A stretch of 64,000 nt of DNA, taken from positions 32,001 to 96,000 of the IMG/VR virus record IMGVR_UViG_3300035670_000045; one strand, written 5' to 3'. This document shows positions 18,577-28,267 of the stretch, one piece after another. Numbering within the stretch: position 1 is the stretch's first letter; each line of letters begins with the position of its first letter. This DNA is from a virus. The position numbers and the translations under genes were made by a program. The notes under the pieces were generated by a model. That model saw only the letters and a program-made list of their open reading frames with translations, was not told the origin of the DNA and did no database searches.

Positions 18577-19070
18577 CCGTAGACATCCAGGCGTACCGAA
18601 ACTACTGCCACGACCGCCTCACCAAAGTTGGGTGCACCAGCTCCGAGGCCTGGCTTCTGATTCGGTACGCCTGGAACTGTCCCCCCAAAGACGTCGCACG
18701 GATCGAGTCCCTCGAGGGGCTCGTTCAGGCGGTCGAGCGAGCCCCCGGAATCAAAGAGGGGCTCGTGGCCATGGCGCATCAAGATCCGTTCACGAAGAAG
18801 CGGATCGCCGAGCTCGCCCGTCTTCAGCAGGTCGAGCTCCCGAAAGCCAACAAGTACTACCCGGACCCCAACGCACACTTGGAGTTCGTACTCGAAGCAA
18901 AGCGTACGCTACGCGACATCTGGCCCAATGTGGACGAGGGCCGAATCAACGGCGCGATGGTCGTGTCCATGAGCGCTGGTCTCGACGAATGGGGCAAAGA
19001 GTGTTGGAAGTTCTCCATCGAGAACTGTGACCGCATCATGCGCGAGACGGAGTCGGTAGATGGCTGGTGA
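18573..19070 (+). CDS. Hypothetical protein
   Basis: 165 aa, overlapping start/stop with neighbours. Confidence 0.6.
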   Translation: MTVDIQAYRNYCHDRLTKVGCTSSEAWLLIRYAWNCPPKDVARIESLEGLVQAVERAPGIKEGLVAMAHQDPFTKKRIAELARLQQVELPKANKYYPDPNAHLEFVLEAKRTLRDIWPNVDEGRINGAMVVSMSAGLDEWGKECWKFSIENCDRIMRETESVDGW

Positions 19071-19926
19071 AGCGATTGTCGACTGGTCCCGGTTGATCTA
19101 CTTGGCCACCCACACGACGGCGGAGCTCGTGAGTGGGTTCAAGCACCCACGCACGGGCGGCACTGCAGCCGTAGCGACCGTGGTGGGCCAGTGGACGACG
19201 CTACGCCGGTTCGATGGGTTTCCCGGAGGGACCGGCTCCTTCACGCCCACTACATCCGCGGCACTATCGAACACGACCAACGGGGCTTGGCATTTCACTC
19301 CCCCCGCCGCTGGGGCGCGGAAACGGCTCTCCGCGGTCACGATGTCGGTGCTCAACGCCGGTGTGCTTTCCATCTACGACCGACTGAACGAATCCGGTGG
19401 CCTCAGCGGTACTACGCCTGTGAGCCCTACGGCGCAGACCGCCAACCTGCCGACAGCCGCCCTGACCCGTCACACCACCGGCGTCGGTGTGCGCCCATGG
19501 GTCGACATCTGGACTGCGATCGGGACAACGGCCCGAACCCTCGCGGTCAATTCCTACACCAACAGTGACGGGACTTCTGGGCGTGTAGGTCCCGGCCGAA
19601 CCTTCGGCTCGGCTGGGTGGAACAACCTGAACCGCACGCTGCCCCTACCTCTCCAGGCGGGGGACAAAGGGGTCCGAGTGGTGACGAACTTGATGCTGAG
19701 CGCTAGTACGGGCACCGCCGGAAACTACGGTGTCTCCCTGAAGAAGCCCATCGTCATCATTCCGGCTGCAGCCGCAGGTATGGGGGTTACCTACTCGTTC
19801 GTGATGAAGAGCGGAGGGCCCTTCGATCTGGGGGTGGACTCCGACGCGTGCCTGAGCCTGGACTGGCAATCTGGGGTCACCACGGCTCCCGAGGTCAACA
19901 TCGACATGCTGTTCGTGGAGCAGTGA
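19060..19926 (+). CDS. Putative virion fibre-associated protein (paralog of 19928..20761)
   Basis: Shared motifs DR...SG.SGT, GVR....IW..IG, SYT.....GRVGPG.T.GS.GW, L..GD.GV, L.ASTxT.G..G. Confidence 0.65.
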   Translation: MAGEAIVDWSRLIYLATHTTAELVSGFKHPRTGGTAAVATVVGQWTTLRRFDGFPGGTGSFTPTTSAALSNTTNGAWHFTPPAAGARKRLSAVTMSVLNAGVLSIYDRLNESGGLSGTTPVSPTAQTANLPTAALTRHTTGVGVRPWVDIWTAIGTTARTLAVNSYTNSDGTSGRVGPGRTFGSAGWNNLNRTLPLPLQAGDKGVRVVTNLMLSASTGTAGNYGVSLKKPIVIIPAAAAGMGVTYSFVMKSGGPFDLGVDSDACLSLDWQSGVTTAPEVNIDMLFVEQ

Positions 19927-19927
19927 C

Positions 19928-20761
19928 ATGGGGACGCAAATCCCCAACATGGCGTCGTACCAAGCGATGGTCGCAAACCCAACTCAACAGGTGGAGTTCA
20001 GCAAGAGCTCGGTCACCGTTGTCGCTGGAAGGGAGTACACCCTGTGGCGTGCCGCTGGGTTTCCGAGTCCCGGTCTAGGATTTTATGGCACCACGCCTGT
20101 CACTTGCACCAGCGCGACGGTCGGCGCACTCCCGTTCATCAACTCCACGAACACCCAGCGAATCGTAGCCTGCTTCCTCCACATGGCGTCCGTGGGTGCG
20201 ATCGGAATGGTGCACCTGCACGACCGCTACATTCACAACTCTGGGTATTCCGGGACGGCAACGGGAAGCATCGCAGTGAACACCCCCGCGCTTCCCGCTC
20301 GAGCGGGTAGTGCCATCGGGGTACGGGCGGCTGCCGAGATCTGGGTCACGATCGGATCCGTAGCCACCACCATCTCCTTGTCGTCATACACCGACGCAAT
20401 CAACGGCGGGGGTCGAGTGGGCCCTGGAGTCACCATCGGGTCCACAGGATGGAGAGATCCCCCCCGGTGGATTCCGTTTACCCTGGCGCCCGGCGATCGC
20501 GGCGTGTCTTCTGTCGAGAATTACACCCTCACCGCGTCCACCACCACGGTGGGTGACTTCGGCATCGTGTTGTACCGGACGCTACTTTCCGTACCCATTC
20601 ACGCTGTCCCGCAGCGGAACTTGGAGGAGGAGGGCATTCTTGGCATGGCGCTGAACATGCCGATCGTCCCCAACGATGCCTGCTTGTTTCAAACCTTGGT
20701 GCTCAACACCACGTCTACCGGCGTTTTCATGGGGTACTACAGCGTCGCGGAGATGCCGTAG
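19928..20761 (+). CDS. Putative virion fibre-associated protein (paralog of 19060..19926)
   Basis: Same motif series as the upstream gene. Confidence 0.65.
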   Translation: MGTQIPNMASYQAMVANPTQQVEFSKSSVTVVAGREYTLWRAAGFPSPGLGFYGTTPVTCTSATVGALPFINSTNTQRIVACFLHMASVGAIGMVHLHDRYIHNSGYSGTATGSIAVNTPALPARAGSAIGVRAAAEIWVTIGSVATTISLSSYTDAINGGGRVGPGVTIGSTGWRDPPRWIPFTLAPGDRGVSSVENYTLTASTTTVGDFGIVLYRTLLSVPIHAVPQRNLEEEGILGMALNMPIVPNDACLFQTLVLNTTSTGVFMGYYSVAEMP

Positions 20762-21763
20762 ATGTTCGACTACCAGTTCCTCCCGTTCGACAATGCGTTC
20801 CGAGAGCTCGGGGCTACCCCACTCGAGTCTCCCGCGTGGGAGGCGGACCCGTCCCAGTTCCCGTTCGAGAGCGGCGTGGAATGGAACAAGTTGATCCTGG
20901 ACAGCTACACGTACGACATCGGTGGCCCCCCAGACGTACTGGACATCGCCGCGGAACCCGGCAGTACGTACACGGGGGCAGTGTCCCTGGCCGGTCCGAC
21001 CGTGGTTACCGAAGTCGCTAGGAACAGTGACTCGGCCGTGAAGTTCAACGGATCGGATGCGTTGTATGAAGACACGGACCCCACCTCCTCCACTTACGGG
21101 GACGGAACGGACTGGACCGTGTTCTCCGTAGTGTGCCCTAGGTCATTCGGATCTATCGGCGGAGCGGATGGCGACGGGCATGGGGTCTGGGCGTTCTCCG
21201 ACTACTTCGTGGGCCTCACCATGTTCAACGACGGCGGGGCGAACAAGCTCCGGCTCTATGCCTTCGATTCTGGGGGCTCAGTGGGGCACCCCATCGATCT
21301 GAACGTGCATGCTGGGCGATGGTGTGTAAGTACCTCAAGCCTTGGGAAAGACCTGGTGCTGCGCAGCCAGGTGGGCCTGGATCGGTTGGGTGAGGCAGCC
21401 ATGCCGTCTGGCCCGGTGACGGGAGCCACCGTAGTTCAGTTCGGGTACAACTCCGGGAGTCTGCAGTACGGCGAGATGGATTTGGCGGTGTACGCCGTTT
21501 CCCCATCCGGATCGTTGCCCGTTTCCCGTGTGAGAGACATCGTCCGGTACCTCGAGGCGGTGTACGGGCCACAGATCCCATGCCTGGTCTTGCTCGATGG
21601 GCAGTGGGCACAAGTCCCGTCAACCGCCCCGTACGGGAGTCGGATCTCACTGGCCAGCGGCGCATACGTGTGTGCGCCGAGCTCAGGGAGTTCCCTGGTC
21701 CTTTCTGCCGGAGCACTGAGCACTGCGGCGAACGAGGAAGATGTGAGGGTGCCGCCTCCTTAA
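20762..21763 (+). CDS. Putative LamG/concanavalin-like beta-sandwich virion protein
   Basis: AVKFNGS..L...DWTVFSVV...YLEAVYG pattern typical of LamG-like domains. Confidence 0.5.
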   Translation: MFDYQFLPFDNAFRELGATPLESPAWEADPSQFPFESGVEWNKLILDSYTYDIGGPPDVLDIAAEPGSTYTGAVSLAGPTVVTEVARNSDSAVKFNGSDALYEDTDPTSSTYGDGTDWTVFSVVCPRSFGSIGGADGDGHGVWAFSDYFVGLTMFNDGGANKLRLYAFDSGGSVGHPIDLNVHAGRWCVSTSSLGKDLVLRSQVGLDRLGEAAMPSGPVTGATVVQFGYNSGSLQYGEMDLAVYAVSPSGSLPVSRVRDIVRYLEAVYGPQIPCLVLLDGQWAQVPSTAPYGSRISLASGAYVCAPSSGSSLVLSAGALSTAANEEDVRVPPP

Positions 21764-21837
21764 CGGGTGTGGTTCCCATCCGCGGATGGCCTGTGGAAGG
21801 ATAGGGATGTCCCACGAACCACCTCGAAGGAGCCAAC

Positions 21838-24800
21838 ATGGCGGCCGAGTCCCCCCGTCCCGGAGTCAACGTCTTCCAGAACTTCACGCGCGCACGGCCG
21901 GCTCCCCTCGCCCCGACGCTTCCGTCGGTCATCGTTGGTGTGGCGAAGCAGACCGTCAACGTCGTGAACCGAACGGCAACGGGGGCTTCCGAGCTCAACG
22001 ACCAGTCGCAAATCTCCCTCCCTGCGTCGGTCATCATGAAGGCCGCGACGGGGAGCCCTCTCGCCTACACGGGTCTCGACGGGCTTAAGCTCGTCGTGTC
22101 GATTCGTGGTGGAGAAGATGTCGACCTCGTCTTCACGGGGAACTCCCTCTCCCCGGCGGCGATCGCCGCGCAGGTGAACGATCTCCTCGCCGCGGAAAAC
22201 ATCGGAGAGGTGATCGCCGAAACCTACGGCGACGACCAATGGCGACTGGTGTCCGTCGGAAAAGGACCCTTCGAGTCCATCGAGATCCGTCCCACTTCGG
22301 ACGGTGCCGTCCTTACGGCGTTCGACCTGATCTCCGGGTACGTCTACGCGGGTGCGACCGAGTACACGCAAACCCAGATGCTGGTCCCGACCCCCGACTT
22401 CCCGGACCCGAACGGGAACCTGGACGAGCTCGCGATCGAGCCGGCTACGGTCAGGACCTTCCTGAGGCTCGGTGCCGACCTGAACCTCCTCGAGCTCTCG
22501 CGCACCGAGGCGTTTCTCCGTCGCGGTGGCGGGGGGTACGCGGCTACCCTCATCGGCACCGTGGCGGTCGGGACCGGCGGACTTTACGGCGGCGGCGGTA
22601 CCCTGAACGGGACAACCCTGACCATCATCGTCGACTCGGCCTCCCCGGTGAACGTGACTTTCGCGTCGCCGGCGGCGGCGGCGGCGGTGCGGGATGAGGT
22701 GAACGCCGCCCTCGGCTTCCCGCTCATGCGGCTCGGCACCAACTTCGAGGTGCTGTCCCCGACCACCGGTGCGGCCTCGAACATCACCCTCACCGGCACC
22801 GCGGCGCCGCTCCTCGGATTCGTCGCGCCGAACAACACCTCGGTGGGCGGGTACTCGGTGAGCTCCGTCTCCATCGGAACGGGCACGCTCACGGACACGG
22901 TGAAGGTCCTCGGGCAGGACTTCACGGCGGCCGGTACCGCGGCCGTCGTCACGGGCGCCTGGGACATCTCGGGCTTGGCCTACCCGGCCGACCTGTTGGG
23001 GGAGACCCTCACGCTGGACGTGAATGGGGTGGGCCCGCAGACCCTCACCTTCGGGTCCCTCGGCAACCAGGCCGCACTCCTGTCCGCGCTCAATGCCTTC
23101 TTCCCCGGCCTGACCGCATCGGTCGCGTCGACGAAGCTGGTGCTGACCTCGGACGAGCTCGGCACGGACTCCTTCATCCGCGTCGTCGGCGGGTCGGCAT
23201 GCGGGATCCTCGGGTTGGTGCCCTCGGTCACCGGCCGGTGGTCGTTGGCGACCATCTCCCCGGACCTCACCACCCTCAACTCGAAGAAGCTCAAGATCCA
23301 GGCCCCCGACGGGACCGTCGAGGTCACGTTCTCGGGTCTGAGCGGGACGACCCCGGCGGATGTGGCGACCTTCCTCAACGCCAACGGTCCGTTCGCGGCG
23401 GTGGCTCGAGCCACCATCGAGAGCGGCGCCCTCCGCATCAATGGGCTTCGTGGCGGCGAAGAGCTCTCCACGCCCCACGCCCTCACCGTGCTCGTGGCGA
23501 GCTCGGCGGATGCGGCTCCCTACCTCGGCCTGTCCAGGTACGACTCGGCGACGTTCCACGTCTTCGAGGGGGCCCCCAACCCGCCGCTCTCGGGTGACGA
23601 CCTCTACGTCGATGGCGTGCTTCTCGGGCGCATCATCAAGGTGGCCCCGACGGGCGCGGTGGACCGCCTCCGGCTCGACAAGAAGCTCACGGTCCGGGCC
23701 GACCAAGGCATGCGCTTCCACATCCGAGCTCGACAGCTCAGCGCAGGGTTGGCGAGCCGACCCGACCCCGAGCTCGTGGTCAGTGGGTCGGGGCGTCCGA
23801 CGCTCAAGCCCCTCGTCATCCGGGATGTGTCCGGTGCGCCTGTCATCGCTCGGACGCCGGTCCACGTGTCGTACCGCGCGGTCCGTATCGACCTCTCCGC
23901 CCGTGCTCGAGCACCCAAGCTCCTCACGGTGGGGTCGACGACCGAGCTCGACACCATCATGCCCGCGTCGACGGACAACCCGCTCGGCCTCGGCATGTAC
24001 CTCGCGCTCCTGAACGCCAACGGGGCGACCATCAGCGGTCTCGGCGTCGACGCGATCACCGACGATGCCCCCTACGGAACGATCGAGGCGTTCACGCGCT
24101 CCGCCGAGTTCCTCGAGGCGTTCGACATCTACGCCATCGCCCCGCTGACGAACGACGGCACGGTCGCGCAGGTGTTCTCGAGCCACGTCACCGCGATGTC
24201 CGAGCCGGAAAGCCGGTCCGAGCGGTGCGTGGTGTTCAACCATGCGCAGCCTACCCGGAAGCTCGACACGGTGGTCGCGTCGGGCACGGACGGCAACTCG
24301 GTGGGCGCGCTCGGCACCCAGTTCGACACGGGGATCCCGAACCTCTCGTCCCTCGTGCAGTCCGCCGGGGTCGACCCCGTGGGGACCATCCCGGCGACGG
24401 CGGGCCTCTTCCTCGATATCGCCACGGACGGGAAGCGGTACAACATCTCGGCGATCTCGGGCTCGGTGGTGACGGTTCGCAAGACCTTCATCTCGGGCGA
24501 GAACGACGACGGGTTCTACGCGACGACCGACCTCAACGACAGCCCTCTGCCTACGACGCTCATCAGCGAGCCGTACGCCGTGCGCGTTCGCGGGGCCTCC
24601 CTCACCCGCGTGGACGGTACCCCCGACAAGCTGGCGATGGCCGAGACCTACCAGGCACTCGGCCAGAGCATCAGCAACCGTCGGTTCCGTAACCTGGTGG
24701 TGGACCAGGTCACGGTCACCCTCAACGGGCTCGACCAGTCGATTCCGGGGTTCTACGCGGCTGCGGCTCGTGTGGGCATGATGGCGGGTCTCCCCCCGCA

Positions 24801-25266
24801 GCAGGGCTTCACGAACTACCCCATCGTGGGCATCAAGGCCGTGAAGGGTACGAGCAAGTACTTCTCGGACAAGCAGCTCAGCATCATCGCTGCCGGCGGA
24901 AACGACGTCCTCATCCAGGACGTCGATGCGGGTCCCGTGTTCTCGCGGCATCAGCTGACGACGGACATGAGCTCCATCGAGACGCGCGAGTGCTCGGTCA
25001 ACCGAGTGGTCGACTACTCGGCGAAGTTCCTCCGTCAGCTCATCCGCGGGTACATCGGCCGGTACAACATCACCCAGGGGTTCATCGAGACCATCAGCCA
25101 GGTCGCGCAGGGCGGCCTCGCCTACCTGACCGGGAACGGGATCCTCAACGGGGGTAGCTTGAACGAGCTCATCCAGGACGAGGACAACTCCGACTCGCTC
25201 ATCGGGGACTTCTCGCTCGACCCCCCGATCCCCTGCAACACGATCAAGCTCACCCTGAACATCTGA
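21838..25266 (+). CDS. Tail sheath protein (contractile tail)
   Basis: N-terminal PRPGVNV; C-terminal HV.AMS....RSER, SRHQLTTD.SSIE.RE.SV.R.VDY, P.PCN.I.L; 1142 aa. Confidence 0.85.
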   Translation: MAAESPRPGVNVFQNFTRARPAPLAPTLPSVIVGVAKQTVNVVNRTATGASELNDQSQISLPASVIMKAATGSPLAYTGLDGLKLVVSIRGGEDVDLVFTGNSLSPAAIAAQVNDLLAAENIGEVIAETYGDDQWRLVSVGKGPFESIEIRPTSDGAVLTAFDLISGYVYAGATEYTQTQMLVPTPDFPDPNGNLDELAIEPATVRTFLRLGADLNLLELSRTEAFLRRGGGGYAATLIGTVAVGTGGLYGGGGTLNGTTLTIIVDSASPVNVTFASPAAAAAVRDEVNAALGFPLMRLGTNFEVLSPTTGAASNITLTGTAAPLLGFVAPNNTSVGGYSVSSVSIGTGTLTDTVKVLGQDFTAAGTAAVVTGAWDISGLAYPADLLGETLTLDVNGVGPQTLTFGSLGNQAALLSALNAFFPGLTASVASTKLVLTSDELGTDSFIRVVGGSACGILGLVPSVTGRWSLATISPDLTTLNSKKLKIQAPDGTVEVTFSGLSGTTPADVATFLNANGPFAAVARATIESGALRINGLRGGEELSTPHALTVLVASSADAAPYLGLSRYDSATFHVFEGAPNPPLSGDDLYVDGVLLGRIIKVAPTGAVDRLRLDKKLTVRADQGMRFHIRARQLSAGLASRPDPELVVSGSGRPTLKPLVIRDVSGAPVIARTPVHVSYRAVRIDLSARARAPKLLTVGSTTELDTIMPASTDNPLGLGMYLALLNANGATISGLGVDAITDDAPYGTIEAFTRSAEFLEAFDIYAIAPLTNDGTVAQVFSSHVTAMSEPESRSERCVVFNHAQPTRKLDTVVASGTDGNSVGALGTQFDTGIPNLSSLVQSAGVDPVGTIPATAGLFLDIATDGKRYNISAISGSVVTVRKTFISGENDDGFYATTDLNDSPLPTTLISEPYAVRVRGASLTRVDGTPDKLAMAETYQALGQSISNRRFRNLVVDQVTVTLNGLDQSIPGFYAAAARVGMMAGLPPQQGFTNYPIVGIKAVKGTSKYFSDKQLSIIAAGGNDVLIQDVDAGPVFSRHQLTTDMSSIETRECSVNRVVDYSAKFLRQLIRGYIGRYNITQGFIETISQVAQGGLAYLTGNGILNGGSLNELIQDEDNSDSLIGDFSLDPPIPCNTIKLTLNI

Positions 25267-25280
25267 AAGGCTCTACATCC

Positions 25281-26024
25281 ATGTCGAACTTCTCTCAGTG
25301 GAGCCCGTACACGAACTACGTGCAGGCGGGCAAGGTCGACGGGCAGTACGCCAACGGGGCTCACACCCTCTTGGCGGTCGGCCCGCCCCGTCTCGCGAAC
25401 ATCGGCGGTGCGGCGAGCCTGGCGGGCGCCATCACGGGTGCCGGTGCCAACCAGATCGTCTACCCGATGGGCCTGGTGCAGCAGTTCGCGAAGAGCGAGA
25501 ACCGCAACTTCGCTCGTCTCTTCGAGCTCGGCTCGGAGCGAAGCTACTTCATCGGTGGCCGCACGGTAGGTCAGCTGTCCATGTCGAACGTGTACTACCA
25601 CGGGGCGTCGCTGCTCCGTGTCCTGTACGCGTACTACCAGGACTTCCTGCCGCCGACGTTCGTCCCGCCCATGTTCCCGAACGCGGGGGCACAGGCGATG
25701 TCGAACCCTCACGACGTGATCATCCCTCCGGGGTACGAGAACATCTTCTACAACCTGGCGTCGGACCTCTTCACCCAGCCGGTGGGGATCCTGTTCTACG
25801 TCCGGGACATCAACCAGAAGACCCTCGGCGCGGTGTTCTTCGAGGCGTGCTACGTCCCGAGCCACTCGCTCTCGGTCGACGCGCAAGGTGTCCTCATCCA
25901 GGAGCAGGTGTCCATCCAGTACGAGCGCGCGGTGCCCGTCCAGGTGGCAGCCCTCACGCTCATCAACTCGAACAGCCAGAACTCGACCGGGGCCAACGTG
26001 ACGTTCCCCGGGCTGGTGGGCTGA
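25281..26024 (+). CDS. Tail tube protein
   Basis: Directly after the sheath; GLVQQF....NR...RLFELGS.RSYFI.GR and V.IQYER motifs. Confidence 0.75.
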   Translation: MSNFSQWSPYTNYVQAGKVDGQYANGAHTLLAVGPPRLANIGGAASLAGAITGAGANQIVYPMGLVQQFAKSENRNFARLFELGSERSYFIGGRTVGQLSMSNVYYHGASLLRVLYAYYQDFLPPTFVPPMFPNAGAQAMSNPHDVIIPPGYENIFYNLASDLFTQPVGILFYVRDINQKTLGAVFFEACYVPSHSLSVDAQGVLIQEQVSIQYERAVPVQVAALTLINSNSQNSTGANVTFPGLVG

Positions 26025-26027
26025 CCT

Positions 26028-26411
26028 ATGCCCACCCCGTTCAAAGGGAAGGCCTCGTTGGAGCTCCCCGGTACGCCGGGGTTGGCTTCCCAAGTCCTCG
26101 AGTTCCTCCTGGACAGCCAGTACACCTCGAAAGCCGAGTACGAGTACGAGCTCCCCGCGAGCTCGGGCACGCAGTCGGTCAACTTCGGGTCCATGCCGAG
26201 CGCGGGAGCGAAGGCCGTGCTCGTGCACTACGAGTCGAAGTCAGGGGCGCCTCCGGTGCTCCTCACGCTCAACGCCGGAAACCAGCCCGTCGAGCTCTCG
26301 ACGGGCGGTTCCCTGTTCCTCGGCTCCCCGGCCCCGGTCAATGGCATCACTGCCATGTCCATCGCGTACACCGGTGCTGGCCGCGTGCGCGTTTGGTTGC
26401 TAGGAGGGTAG
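26028..26411 (+). CDS. Hypothetical virion protein
   Basis: 127-aa beta-rich ORF after the tube gene. Confidence 0.65.
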   Translation: MPTPFKGKASLELPGTPGLASQVLEFLLDSQYTSKAEYEYELPASSGTQSVNFGSMPSAGAKAVLVHYESKSGAPPVLLTLNAGNQPVELSTGGSLFLGSPAPVNGITAMSIAYTGAGRVRVWLLGG

Positions 26412-26413
26412 GG

Positions 26414-26950
26414 ATGTCCGAGTGGTTCGATCTCGCGAAGCAGGTGGTCCCTCCCTTCCTCACGGGCATCCTTGGGGTGGCTGGGACGTGGGCTGCAACC
26501 CGCCGGAAAGAGGCGAAGGATGCGGCGCGCCTGCTTCGTGAGACTCGAGCTCTCCGGGATGAGGTGGACGAGCTCGGGCATCAGCTGGGCGTTGCCCGAG
26601 AAAGCCTGGATGGTCTGCTGGGGGTCGACTTGCTGAAGGACAAGGCCACCACCCTGTCCGCCACCATCAAGGAGATGACGGCCAGCCTCGCCAGTCGAGG
26701 GACGGACATCCGGATTCTGCAGAGTGACATGGGGCTCCTCCGTGCGAGCACCTCGCAGCTCGAGTTGGCCCGCGATGAGTTGCGGAAGGCCGTAGAGCGC
26801 CTGGATACTTCGACAGCCACCTACACTCGGGAGAACGCGGAACAATGGCAGGACATCAATCGAGCGATCGGGCGGATCGAGGGGATCTTGCACTCCCTGC
26901 AACGCCGGCCAAGCAACGACGGTTTTCCGTCCCCGACGAGGCCGAGATAG
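26414..26950 (+). CDS. Membrane-anchored coiled-coil protein (holin/spanin-like topology, function unproven)
   Basis: GGAGG SD; N-terminal hydrophobic helix VVPPFLTGILGVAGTWAA then a long coiled coil. Confidence 0.6.
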   Translation: MSEWFDLAKQVVPPFLTGILGVAGTWAATRRKEAKDAARLLRETRALRDEVDELGHQLGVARESLDGLLGVDLLKDKATTLSATIKEMTASLASRGTDIRILQSDMGLLRASTSQLELARDELRKAVERLDTSTATYTRENAEQWQDINRAIGRIEGILHSLQRRPSNDGFPSPTRPR

Positions 26951-27127
26951 CCGAGCGGGAGCGCATCCAGGAGGAGCGGGACGCCTTGTCCGCTCCCCCG
27001 GAACCGATCGCGCTGACGTTGCCGGAAGCGCAGGCCAAACAGGTCGAGCTCCGCCGGTCGACGTACAGTCGCCTGGCTGCAGTCGCCGAGACCCTCTCGA
27101 AAACGCCCATCCCTCCCCCCATGGACG

Positions 27128-27135
27128 GGTAGGAT
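27128..27135 (+). promoter_or_regulatory. GG-TAnnnT element 6 nt before ATG
   Basis: GG TAGGAT gcgggc ATG(27142). Confidence 0.55.
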
Positions 27136-27141
27136 GCGGGC

Positions 27142-28257
27142 ATGACCACGAAGCTCTCGTACCCTGGCGTCGGCGGGGTCGCCAACGCTGTACTCCAGGC
27201 CGCACTCGCCCGTCAGCGACGGGCAGAGGACATGGCGGCGCGCGACGACTCGGTGGAGTTCAACGCGCGCATGCAGCAGCTCATCGCCATGCGTAGTGCG
27301 CAGATGCGGCAAAACCTGCAGCACACCCGTCAGCCCATCATCCTCCACGCGGGGCACCCACCGGACTCCGGGCGTGGGGATCTCCCGCTCCTCGAGGGGG
27401 ACCATGTCCCCCCGGGGTTCGACGAGGGGATGGTCCGGATGGCGTCCGACTTCGGTGCGGAGATGGCTCGGACGGCGATGGCTAAGGAAGCCGACTTCAT
27501 GGGGTCCCTGCGGAGGGGTCTTGGGTCGGCCGGTACGGCAATCCAGCAAGGTGCGAAGAACCTGGCGGGACGAGTCGGTGGAGCGATCTCGAATCGCTCG
27601 TGGAAGCCGTCCGTCCCCAAGCCCACGGTAGCTGCCGGTGTGGGTACAAGCCCCTCGGCGATCAACACGATCAAGAACAACGGCTCGATGCCGGGCAGCG
27701 GGAACTTCAAGACGTACGAGCCGGCGAAACCTCCGCCGACGACGGTACGTACTGGCCCCGCGCCCGTTGTCCCCGATTCGCACGTTACCCCCAAGGGGCA
27801 GCCGAAGGCACCATCGCAGGAAGCAACGTTCAAGACGTGGCAGCCCCAGCAGAGTACGTGGGGATCGAATCCTTTGGACAAGCCGGCGCCCAAGGCCGCA
27901 CCGAAGGTGGCCCCCCCTGCAGCGCCTGCAGCCCCTCCTACTCCTACAGCACCGGCCCCTCCGCCTTCGCCCACCACTGGCCCAGTACCCATGGCCGAGT
28001 CCGCGGCAAATGGCCCCCCCAAGTCGGGGAAGGGATTCCTCGAGCGTGCACAACAAGACCTCGGTAACGGCAAGTGGAAGCCGAAGTTGCTCGGTCTCGG
28101 CATGGTCGCGGCGGGTACATACGGCGCGTACCGAGGGGCTCAAGCACTTGCCAGGTGGGGCGCAAAGGCGCCGCACGAGCACGAAGGGAATGAGGGTGGA
28201 GTGATTCCCCCTGCAGCCGTAAACCAGTACGGTGTTCCTGACAGGAACATCACCTAG
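27142..28257 (+). CDS. K-x-A-tagged Pro-rich protein with C-terminal glycine-zipper helix
   Basis: DFGAEMARTAMAKEAD; long P/A/T linker; LLGLGMVAAGTYGAY. Confidence 0.7.
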   Translation: MTTKLSYPGVGGVANAVLQAALARQRRAEDMAARDDSVEFNARMQQLIAMRSAQMRQNLQHTRQPIILHAGHPPDSGRGDLPLLEGDHVPPGFDEGMVRMASDFGAEMARTAMAKEADFMGSLRRGLGSAGTAIQQGAKNLAGRVGGAISNRSWKPSVPKPTVAAGVGTSPSAINTIKNNGSMPGSGNFKTYEPAKPPPTTVRTGPAPVVPDSHVTPKGQPKAPSQEATFKTWQPQQSTWGSNPLDKPAPKAAPKVAPPAAPAAPPTPTAPAPPPSPTTGPVPMAESAANGPPKSGKGFLERAQQDLGNGKWKPKLLGLGMVAAGTYGAYRGAQALARWGAKAPHEHEGNEGGVIPPAAVNQYGVPDRNIT

Positions 28258-28267
28258 GAGACTCACC

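Noticed and set aside
21797-21810. GGATAGGG upstream of the sheath gene as a GATAAGA-class motif
   Set aside because: Two mismatches in the core and a late structural context; cannot be assigned.
21760-24951. 1063-aa antisense ORF and similar long shadow ORFs (541-1962, 6586-8244, 9085-10389, 44534-46024)
   Set aside because: They mirror strongly GC3-biased sense genes and give R/V/G/H-rich non-protein-like translations, as expected in high-GC DNA.
26845-27132. 95-aa ORF overlapping the coiled-coil gene
   Set aside because: The C-terminal half looks plausible, but the start overlaps the previous gene by ~100 nt with no clear SD or slippery site; not supported well enough to call.
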